DNA from: Nitrososphaerales archaeon TH1177
GTDB taxonomy: Archaea > Thermoproteota > Nitrososphaeria > Nitrososphaerales > Nitrososphaeraceae
Length of the DNA stretch: 7,588 bases
NCBI GenBank assembly: GCA_014523515.1
Contig: JAATVJ010000419.1
Coordinates: forward strand, 1 to 7,588
Direction of reading: 5' to 3'
This document shows positions 1 to 6,112 of the stretch, piece by piece. The notes under the pieces are model-generated. The model was not told the DNA's origin, did no database searches, and saw only the letters and a list, made by a program, of their open reading frames with translations. The translations under genes were made by a program, and so were the position numbers. Every line of letters begins with the position of its first letter. Within the stretch, counting starts at the first letter, position 1.

Positions 1-74
1 CGTCAGAATTTATCGTACTGGAAGAAGTATGGCACAGAGCCAAGAATGAAGGTCGTGTTGTACAGTATTATTGA
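1..74 (+). CDS. Possible 3' end of an unidentified CDS entering from the left edge (partial)
   Basis: Frame 3 is open from the window edge (..SEFIVLEEVWHRAKNEGRVVQYY) to TGA at 72-74. G+C is visibly higher in 1-60 than in the roughly 450 nt that follow. Frame 1 is also open, to TGA at 139-141, so the frame is ambiguous. The fragment is too short to name. Confidence 0.3.
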   Translation, partial: SEFIVLEEVWHRAKNEGRVVQYY

Positions 75-513
75 TCAGTTACAGATTTCAGAAATAAAAT
101 ATCTCAATATTTCTGAACAAAAAGATTTCATCTCAATATGATAAACTACTTGTTGGAAGGTGTCAGCTAACATTTGCTAAGTGGTATAACAGTAAATATT
201 CCAGCAAATAATACAAAGACTAAAAATATTACATTAATTTTTGTTATTGTTGATTTTACTATCTTCACTATTTAGTAAATTTAATTATAATATATTTAAA
301 ATATGAATGATTATAAAAGATTTTTTGAGGATAAAGTTATGATAGATGATTTTTTAGAAATAAATTTAGTAATACAATATCATATATACTTTAGATAATG
401 AAAAACATGTCTTAAAAAAAGTAATTTTTCTGAAATTATTTATTATTGCAAAAAAAGGACCATTTAAATTAACGAAAGTTAAAGTTAAATAATGGGATAT
501 AGTTGATAATCAA

Positions 514-3099
514 ATGTCTCCTACTTTTCCATCATATTTAGAAAAACAGTATGTATCTAATATTAAAAAATTTAAAAGAATAATTGTTAAAGCTTTTATG
601 ACAAAAATATTATTTTGTATTTTTGCCTTAACTATTTTTTCTATACCTTTGTTGTTGTCACCAATGCCAAAAAATATTGAAGCACAAAAAGCAGAATCAG
701 AAATAGAAGAAGAAATATGTATATCATATAATAAATCAGAAAAATTAATTTCTATAACTTGTAAATATGCTGATTTTGCTGATGTTAGTAGACAAATTAC
801 CGATCCTAGCATTTTGAAACCTGACACAACAATAACAACTAATACTAATACTTCTGAAAATAGTAATAATGAAAAAGTTTGGTTACTTAATGCAGGTTTA
901 AAAGTAGAAGAAAATGCACTATTGGGTATTAATTCAAAAGATGTAACATGGCTAAAGATGATCCCATCTAAAAATTCACCAAATGCAATTGAAGTAGATG
1001 GAACTCTCAAAGTGGATTCTGTAAAAATAACATCTTGGAATCCAAAAACAAATGATTATGTTAGATTTCCAGAAAATGCAAAAGAAGATCAAACATTGTA
1101 TACAATTATACCAAGACCATATATAAAAATTGAGGAAGAAGCAACAGGACCTACTGAAATTACCAATTCTGAACTTGCATACTTGGGATATAGTTGTAGT
1201 GGCTGTGGTGGGGTTACTTTCAATGGTGGAGAAAATAGTATACTAAAAAATAATGATATCCATCATATTTACAAAGGTTTCTATTCTAAAGGTATGGGAT
1301 ATATGTTAATTGAAGGAAACCACGTATATGGCAATGAAAAATATGGAATTGACCCTCATAGTGGAACTCATGATATGATAATTAGAAATAATACTGTATA
1401 TAATAATTATAATGCAGGATTAATATGCTCTGCTGATTGTTACAATATTCTTATAGAAGGAAATAAGGTACTTAATAATGGTCATGGTGATTATAAAAGA
1501 GGAATAGCAATAAGTAAAAATACATATAATTCTACAATAAGAGAAAATACAGTATATAATCACGATGTATGTGTCCATATTGGAAGAGATTCTCATGATA
1601 ATAGAGTATATGATAATAAACTTACCAATTGTCGAGATGGAATAGCTGTAACAATAAATTCATTTAATAATGAAATATACAATAACAAAATTGAAAATGT
1701 TAGCAATGGATTAGTTGCAATTTTAAATTCTAATGATAACAAATTTTATTCTAATACTATTAGTGGAATTCAGAATGAGGAAATTGTAATTGAAGAAGAT
1801 TCGAAAGGAAATATATTTGATAACAATATAGTTCAAGATCTCAATTTTAATCTTTATGATGAAGCCATTGCACAAGAAGAAGAAGAAGAACAAAAACCAA
1901 TTATCAAAGACCCAGATCTACAAGCAGAACTATTAGTAGAGGGACTATCCTGGCCTACAAGTATGACATTTATTGATAATAACAATATTTTGGTTTTAGA
2001 AAAGGATGAAGGAACTGTACGACTTGTTTCAAATGGTAGTTTGCAAGAAGAACCAGTACTGGAAGTAGATGTAAATACTAAAGCTGAACGTGGACTTTTG
2101 GGAATTGCTATAATGAATAAGGATGCTATATTTCTATATTATACAGAATCCTCCAAAGATGATGATGAAGTAAAGAATAGAATTTACAAATATCAATGGA
2201 ATGATGAAGAAAGACGTCTTGTTAATCCTACTTTGATTTTAGAGTTACCTGCAACTCCTGGTCCAGATCATGTTGGTGGGAAAATGACAATTGGACCTGA
2301 TAATTATCTTTATGCAGTAATAGGAGATGTTAAACATGAAGGCAAACTTCAGAATGTTGCAAATGGACCCGATCCTGATGATACTGGAGTCATATTAAGA
2401 GTAAATCCAGGGGATGGTTCTCCAGCTCCTGATAATCCTTTTATAAATAATGATGACGACAATAATCTATTATCATTATTAAATAAGTATTATGCTTATG
2501 GAATACGTAATAGTTTTGGAATAACATTTGATCCTATAACTGACACATTATGGCAGACAGAAAATGGACCAACTGAATATGATGAGGTAAATGTAGTTAA
2601 ACCTGGTTTTAATAGTGGGTGGCAGAAAGTTATGGGACCTATATCCAAAACCGGTATTACAGAAGATGAATTAGTTAACTTTCCAAATTCAAAATATGCT
2701 GATCCTGTATTCAGCTGGTTTCCATCTCTTGGAATTACTGATATTGAATTTCTAAATTCATCCAAACTTGGAGATAATTATGCTAACAATATTTTTGTTG
2801 GAGATATCGGCGACCTAACTGAAGGAAATCTCTATTATTTTGAAGTCAATGAGGATAGAACAGGAATAAAATTTGATAATAGTAGTAGTAGTAGCAATAG
2901 CAGTGGTAGTAGCAATCAAGCCGGACTAACTGACCTAGTGGCTGATAATGAAGAAGAAATGTCTGCAACAACCCTTGGAACAGATTTTGGTGGAATAACA
3001 GATATTGAAACTGGTCCAGATGGATTTTTATATATACTGACATTAGATAGAGAATCAGATGGTGAAGGCAAAATCTATAGAATTGTATTATCTCAATAA
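514..3099 (+). CDS. Secreted or membrane-anchored two-domain protein: right-handed parallel beta-helix (PbH1/CASH, NosD/AlgG-like) fused to a PQQ-dependent glucose/sorbosone dehydrogenase-like beta-propeller
   Basis: 861-codon ORF from the track. Met29 (ATG 598-600) is followed directly by a typical signal/anchor sequence (MTKILFCIFALTIFSIPLLLSPMPKNIEAQKA) and has a TTTAAAA box about 25 nt upstream, so 598 may be the true start. Residues ~205-440 carry about nine ~23-aa rungs of pattern xIxxNxIxN (ILKNNDIHH, IEGNHVYGN, IRNNTVYNN, IEGNKVLNN, IRENTVYNH, VYDNKLTNC, IYNNKIENV, FYSNTISG), including YGIDPHSGTHD at 1342-1374. An EEEEE linker is encoded by (GAA)5 at 1876-1890. Residues ~466-861 carry motifs I recognise from the soluble quinoprotein sugar dehydrogenase (GSDH) family: GLSWPTSMTF..ILVLEKDEGTVRLV, ERGLLGIA, HVGGKMTIGPDNYLYAVIGD, GVILRVNPGDGSPAPDNPF, YAYGIRNSFGITFDP.TDTLWQTENGP.EYDEVN.VKPGFNSGW, and C-terminal GPDGFLYILT..GKIYRIV. 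Confidence 0.88.
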   Translation: MSPTFPSYLEKQYVSNIKKFKRIIVKAFMTKILFCIFALTIFSIPLLLSPMPKNIEAQKAESEIEEEICISYNKSEKLISITCKYADFADVSRQITDPSILKPDTTITTNTNTSENSNNEKVWLLNAGLKVEENALLGINSKDVTWLKMIPSKNSPNAIEVDGTLKVDSVKITSWNPKTNDYVRFPENAKEDQTLYTIIPRPYIKIEEEATGPTEITNSELAYLGYSCSGCGGVTFNGGENSILKNNDIHHIYKGFYSKGMGYMLIEGNHVYGNEKYGIDPHSGTHDMIIRNNTVYNNYNAGLICSADCYNILIEGNKVLNNGHGDYKRGIAISKNTYNSTIRENTVYNHDVCVHIGRDSHDNRVYDNKLTNCRDGIAVTINSFNNEIYNNKIENVSNGLVAILNSNDNKFYSNTISGIQNEEIVIEEDSKGNIFDNNIVQDLNFNLYDEAIAQEEEEEQKPIIKDPDLQAELLVEGLSWPTSMTFIDNNNILVLEKDEGTVRLVSNGSLQEEPVLEVDVNTKAERGLLGIAIMNKDAIFLYYTESSKDDDEVKNRIYKYQWNDEERRLVNPTLILELPATPGPDHVGGKMTIGPDNYLYAVIGDVKHEGKLQNVANGPDPDDTGVILRVNPGDGSPAPDNPFINNDDDNNLLSLLNKYYAYGIRNSFGITFDPITDTLWQTENGPTEYDEVNVVKPGFNSGWQKVMGPISKTGITEDELVNFPNSKYADPVFSWFPSLGITDIEFLNSSKLGDNYANNIFVGDIGDLTEGNLYYFEVNEDRTGIKFDNSSSSSNSSGSSNQAGLTDLVADNEEEMSATTLGTDFGGITDIETGPDGFLYILTLDRESDGEGKIYRIVLSQ

Positions 3100-3110
3100 T
3101 ATTTTCAATA

Positions 3111-3128
3111 TTTGGTTTTTCTCTTTTT
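3111..3128 (+). terminator. Oligo-T tract, candidate archaeal-type terminator of the 514-3099 gene
   Basis: TTTGGTTTTTCTCTTTTT begins 12 nt after the stop codon. Archaeal RNA polymerase terminates at T-runs. The genome is AT-rich, so specificity is low. Confidence 0.35.
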
Positions 3129-3516
3129 ACATTATTGATAAAATTGTCTACAACAGTAGATATAAAAGACTATTTGTTTCATGAGGTATATGAGTAATTT
3201 GTAGTTTTTCAATTGTAATATAGAGATAATTGAAGATAAATTTGATTTATGCTTTTATATTGTTAAGGTAATCTAAAAAAATATAAAATGTTATCTTCTT
3301 TATTGCTATAACACTAGATTCTTATTTTTGCACCACTATCTGTATTACTTGCGACAGGCCCGTACTTTTCTCTGGTTATCTAACTTAGCTGTTAAAATAG
3401 ATGATTAATTGATAACGTGGAGCATTCTCTACTTGTATTACTAAATTCATTTTTAAAAAATATTTAATGATAATTTTTATTCTGATGTGAATAAATAAAT
3501 GAAATAATAAATCAAT

Positions 3517-3534
3517 AAAAACAAAGAAAAAAAA
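3517..3534 (-). terminator. Oligo-T tract, candidate terminator of the 3536-4138 gene
   Basis: On the minus strand the stop codon (3538-3536) is followed after 1 nt by TTTTTTTT C TTT G TTTTT. Confidence 0.4.
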
Positions 3535-3535
3535 T

Positions 3536-4138
3536 TTATGTATCTTCTATATCTGTATATTCTTCTTCTGCATTAGTGTTTGGTTCCGCATTATTAAATT
3601 GTTGCATCATATCTGTATAATCTTCTTCTATTTCTGTATAATCTTCTTCTTCTTCATTAGTATTTGGTTTCATAGTATCAAATTGTTGCATCACTTGAGG
3701 ATCTGCCACCGCAGCTTTGAATATTTGGTTCTCTGCTTTTAATATATTAACTTGAATTCTAGTAAGAGTATCCAATGCTTTATCAATATCTGAATCAGCT
3801 ATGGCATTGATAGCTTTATGTAAAACACTTAGAAATTTAGTAGGCGAAGGTTCTATTAGTAATAATTGTGATTCAACATCTCTAACACCTGTTAGTGCTT
3901 CTTCGAGATTTCCATCAACTATTGCTAACTTTGCTTGCATCAAAGTATCCTTTAATTCAAAGATATCTACTTTCATTAATGCCTGAGCGGTGACATTCAT
4001 GGTTTGATTTTCTTGTTGTTGTGGTAGTGCTGTTTGGTTAGCTGAATTAGTCTGAGCTTGTACGTTTTCTAGCAATGACGGAATAGACAAGAGAGCAAGT
4101 GGAATTACCACATATACAATAATATTTTGATATTTCAT
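3536..4138 (-). CDS. Secreted hypothetical protein: alpha-helical core with an acidic Tyr-rich C-terminal tandem repeat
   Basis: 200-codon ORF. The N-terminal signal peptide is MKYQNIIVYVVIPLALLSIPSLLENVQA|Q, followed by a Q/N-rich spacer and a helical-looking, heptad-like core (LMKVDIFELKDTLMQAKLAIVDGNLEEALTGV.., DIDKALDTLTRIQVNILKAENQI). The tail has two repeats, QQF(D/N)xxxPNTN(E/A)EEE(D)YT(E/D)IE. I recognise no family. Confidence 0.75.
   Translation of the reverse strand: MKYQNIIVYVVIPLALLSIPSLLENVQAQTNSANQTALPQQQENQTMNVTAQALMKVDIFELKDTLMQAKLAIVDGNLEEALTGVRDVESQLLLIEPSPTKFLSVLHKAINAIADSDIDKALDTLTRIQVNILKAENQIFKAAVADPQVMQQFDTMKPNTNEEEEDYTEIEEDYTDMMQQFNNAEPNTNAEEEYTDIEDT
3539..3694 (-). 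repeat. In-frame tandem duplication encoding the acidic tail of the 200-aa protein
   Basis: VMQQFDTMKPNTNEEEEDYTEIEEDYTD (about 3611-3694) and MMQQFNNAEPNTNAEEEYTDIEDT (3539-3610). The similarity is also clear at DNA level (..aattgttgcatca.., ..tctgtata(a/t)tcttcttc.. recur). Confidence 0.6.
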
Positions 4139-4236
4139 TTGAATAATATAGTAGGAGATTATTTATATGACTTATTAATAAAATCTCACATAGAATAACA
4201 AAATCGAATTTTCTGAAAGACTTTTATAATACTGTT

Positions 4237-4830
4237 TTAAATTATATATTTATTACTACAATTGGATATAACAAACAATGTGCAACATTTTTCTGAAGAT
4301 GTAATTCTAAATAATAAGTAAAATAAAAACAATGAATCTATATTTTGTAGAGGTCTACATGGTTGAATATGTTTCCAAAGCAGATAATCCCATGCACCTA
4401 ACCTAATTCCAGATGATGCCATTGTATACACAATTCCTTTGATTCTTCGGTAAGGATATTGACAAAGTTGCTGGATCTCTTCTATTGTAGGTGCTCTATC
4501 ATCAGCATGTATTCAAATTTTTGGTAACCCTCTAGTAATCTTCTTCCATGGAATAGCAATATCAGACATTTCACAAAATAATTTTATTGCTTTTATGAAA
4601 TTTCGTAAAGTTGCACCTGAAATCTGTTCTTTTTCTACTCTTTCTTTTTGATATTGTAAGAATCTAACTATGCAATTAAACGCCCACATAGGATCTTTCA
4701 TTCCCTTATCTGCAAAATAATTACATCTTTCTTCTATTGTAAGATTAGATTTTAAATTATTATAATTAAAGAAAATTCTCAATCTTCTAAGATAATAATA
4801 ATAATAATCTCTTGTCACAAGACCGTTGAC
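4237..4830 (-). pseudogene. Tyrosine recombinase (phage-type integrase) pseudogene, main body: SAM-like N-terminal domain plus the start of the catalytic domain
   Basis: The minus-strand frame reads VN-GLVTRDYYYYYLRRLRIFFNY....ATLRNFIKAIKLFCEMSDIAIPWKKITRGLPKI, then an in-frame TGA (4515-4513). The same frame continues IHADDRAPTIEEIQQLCQYPYRRIKGIVYTMASSGIRLGAWDYLLWKHIQP, the box I region with the first catalytic Arg (SGIRLGAW). Recognisable similarity then stops and the frame closes at 4237. No HxxR or Tyr catalytic half occurs before the next gene at 4138. Confidence 0.75.
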
Positions 4831-4837
4831 AAGGAAG

Positions 4838-4858
4838 CCCTCTCTCTTTAGAGGAGGG
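4838..4858 (+). repeat. IS left-end subterminal hairpin (putative TnpA recognition structure)
   Basis: CCCTC-T-CTC TTTA GAG-GAGGG: 5 bp, a single bulged T (4843), 3 bp and a TTTA loop. It is nested within an outer 8-bp inverted repeat, GTTGACAA (4825-4832) / TTGTCAAC (4864-4871), that includes the flanking target. Confidence 0.7.
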
Positions 4859-4920
4859 AGGAATTGTCAACTTAAAAACACTTAAATTTTATTGAGTGTA
4901 TTTATCAATACTGTATAAGA

Positions 4921-6039
4921 ATGGTCTTGCAATCTCTAATGATAAAACTTGAATCTACCGAAGAGGATAAGGTCAAATTATTAGAGACAATACAAGAATA
5001 TAATAAAGCGTGTAACTTTGTTGCTGATAGAGCATTTACATTAAAACTTTCAAATAAATTTAAACTACAAAAAGAAGTATACAGAGAAATAAGAGAAAGA
5101 TTCAATTTAACTGCACAATTTGCTATCAGAATTATCAGTAAAGTAGTGGAAGCATATAAAAAAGATAAAACTATTAAACCAACATTTAAAATATTAGGAA
5201 GTATTCAATATGACCAAAGAAATTCAAGAGTATGTATAGATGAAGTCTCTCTAATGACATTAAAAGGAAGATTAAAACTTAAGGCCAGAGTAGGAGATTA
5301 TCAGAGAGTTAGGTTTGATAGGGTAAAAGGACAGTGCGACTTAATCTATAGAAATAATACTTTCTATTTAATTGTAGTGGTGGATGCACCAGAGAAATCG
5401 GAATATGATGCTACTGGTATTTTGGGAATTGATTTAGGTATTGAAAATATAGCAACTGATAGTGACAGGCAAATATTTGAATCTAAAAAAGTTGAGGAAA
5501 AAAGGCAAAAATATCTTAGATTGAGGTCAACATTACAGAGAACAGGAACTAAATCAGCAAAAAGAAAATTAAAAAGATTATCAGGAAAGGAAAGGCGATT
5601 TAAAAAAGATACAAACCATGTAATATCTAAATCCATTATCTCAAAGGCTAAAGGCACAATTAGAGCGATAGCTATTGAAGACCTGAAAGGTATTCGTTCT
5701 AAAGTAACTGTTATCAGCAGAGGTAGCCAGAGAGATAAATATTCAAAATGGGCGTTTGGAGAACTAAGAAACTTTCTGACATACAAGTCAAAAATAGAGG
5801 GGGTACCGTTGATAGTGGTTAATCCAAAGAACACGTCAACACAATGCCCTGAATGTCAATATACAGACAAACAAAACAGAAAGGCAAGAAATGAGTTTCA
5901 ATGTATTGGATGTGGATATAATGAAATGTCAGATTATGTAGCAGCAAGAAATATTGTTATTAGGGCTGCTGTCAATCAGCCTGTTGTAGCACCTGTTCTG
6001 GTAGTTACAAGCCATGATGCTTTAGCACATGGTAGTTGA
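4921..6039 (+). CDS. tnpB: TnpB (OrfB_IS605) RNA-guided RuvC endonuclease, apparently intact
   Basis: 372 aa. RuvC-I is GILGIDLGIEN (D171, 5431-5433). RuvC-II is RAIAIEDLKGI (E253, 5677-5679). The zinc ribbon is CPEC-x15-CIGC (C309/C312/C328/C331, 5845-5913). RuvC-III is SDYVAARNI (D338, 5932-5934). A basic helical stretch (KRQKYLRLRSTLQRTGTKSAKRKLKRLSGKERRFKKD) lies between RuvC-I and RuvC-II, as in TnpB/Cas12f. The stop TGA (6037-6039) lies inside the terminal TTGAC. Confidence 0.92.
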   Translation: MVLQSLMIKLESTEEDKVKLLETIQEYNKACNFVADRAFTLKLSNKFKLQKEVYREIRERFNLTAQFAIRIISKVVEAYKKDKTIKPTFKILGSIQYDQRNSRVCIDEVSLMTLKGRLKLKARVGDYQRVRFDRVKGQCDLIYRNNTFYLIVVVDAPEKSEYDATGILGIDLGIENIATDSDRQIFESKKVEEKRQKYLRLRSTLQRTGTKSAKRKLKRLSGKERRFKKDTNHVISKSIISKAKGTIRAIAIEDLKGIRSKVTVISRGSQRDKYSKWAFGELRNFLTYKSKIEGVPLIVVNPKNTSTQCPECQYTDKQNRKARNEFQCIGCGYNEMSDYVAARNIVIRAAVNQPVVAPVLVVTSHDALAHGS

Positions 6040-6060
6040 CTTGTGATCTAACTGCATATA
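5890..6060 (+). ncRNA. Predicted omega-RNA (reRNA): scaffold embedded in the tnpB 3' end and right end, with the guide read from flanking DNA starting at 6041
   Basis: Placed by analogy with characterised TnpB elements, where the scaffold is the last ~100-150 nt of the element and the guide is the ~16-20 nt beyond the right end. Visible stems are AGCAGC (5940-5945) / GCTGCT (5966-5971) and the right-end hairpin 6012-6032. The 5' boundary is a guess. Confidence 0.35.
6012..6032 (+). repeat. IS right-end subterminal hairpin (putative TnpA recognition structure), inside the tnpB coding sequence
   Basis: CCATG-A-TGC TTTA GCA-CATGG: 5 bp, a single bulged A (6017), 3 bp and a TTTA loop. This is the same geometry as the left-end hairpin. 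It lies 8 nt from the element end, and AAG precedes the foot at both ends. Confidence 0.7.
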
Positions 6061-6112
6061 CAAATAATGAATATGCATTAGATTCTTCCAAAGTTTGTTC
6101 TATTATTTTCAT
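6041..6112 (-). pseudogene. Detached 5' fragment (first 24 codons) of the IS-disrupted integrase gene
   Basis: The minus strand reads ATG 6112-6110, then MKIIEQTLEESNAYSLFVYAVRSQ, ending exactly at the IS boundary. It continues in frame with 4830 downward once the IS is removed. Confidence 0.7.

Larger units (their letters stand above)
4831..6040 (+). mobile_element. IS200/IS605-family insertion sequence carrying only tnpB (IS1341-like, non-autonomous), inserted 3' of TTGAC inside the integrase gene
   Basis: GTTGAC occurs at 4825-4830 (left flank) and 6035-6040 (right end). Removing 4831-6040 joins the two integrase halves in frame. Subterminal imperfect palindromes of identical geometry lie at 4838-4858 and 6012-6032. 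The single ORF is TnpB. There are no terminal inverted repeats and no target duplication, as expected for this family. Which copy of the shared hexamer belongs to the element is assigned by the family rule that the target lies 5' of the left end. Confidence 0.85.

Noticed and set aside
303-398. 31-codon ORF (MNDYKRFFEDKVMIDDFLEINLVIQYHIYFR) in the AT-rich region upstream of the large CDS
   Set aside because: It is short, its composition matches the surrounding non-coding DNA, and nothing distinguishes it from chance.
510-1010. 166-aa minus-strand ORF, together with minus-strand ORFs 2496-2765 and 2846-3043
   Set aside because: All three are entirely antisense to the well-supported 861-aa CDS. 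Their sequences are low-complexity or hydrophobic (for example a YYYYYY run opposite the Ser-rich AGT repeats), which is typical of shadow ORFs in AT-rich DNA.
3801-3986. 61-aa plus-strand ORF
   Set aside because: It is antisense within the 200-aa secreted-protein gene and has no recognisable features.
4513-4515. In-frame TGA in the integrase as possible recoding (selenocysteine or read-through)
   Set aside because: The gene is also IS-disrupted and 3'-truncated. No SECIS-like structure is evident, and tyrosine recombinases are not selenoproteins. A nonsense mutation or sequencing error is the simpler explanation.
4792-4808. (ATA)n trinucleotide run encoding the YYYYY stretch of the integrase; also (GAA)5 at 1876-1890 and (AGT)4 at 2881-2892
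   Set aside because: These short in-frame microsatellites are common in AT-rich genomes. They may be slippage-prone, but there is no evidence of function or phase variation.
4851-4863. Purine-rich GAGGAGGGAGGAA that looks like a strong Shine-Dalgarno sequence
   Set aside because: It lies about 60 nt upstream of the tnpB ATG, too far for a ribosome-binding site. It forms the 3' arm of the IS left-end hairpin. No other gene in the window uses a Shine-Dalgarno motif.
4905-5834. Minus-strand ORFs 4905-5105 (66 aa) and 5364-5834 (156 aa)
   Set aside because: Both are antisense to tnpB, whose catalytic motifs unambiguously fix the coding strand.
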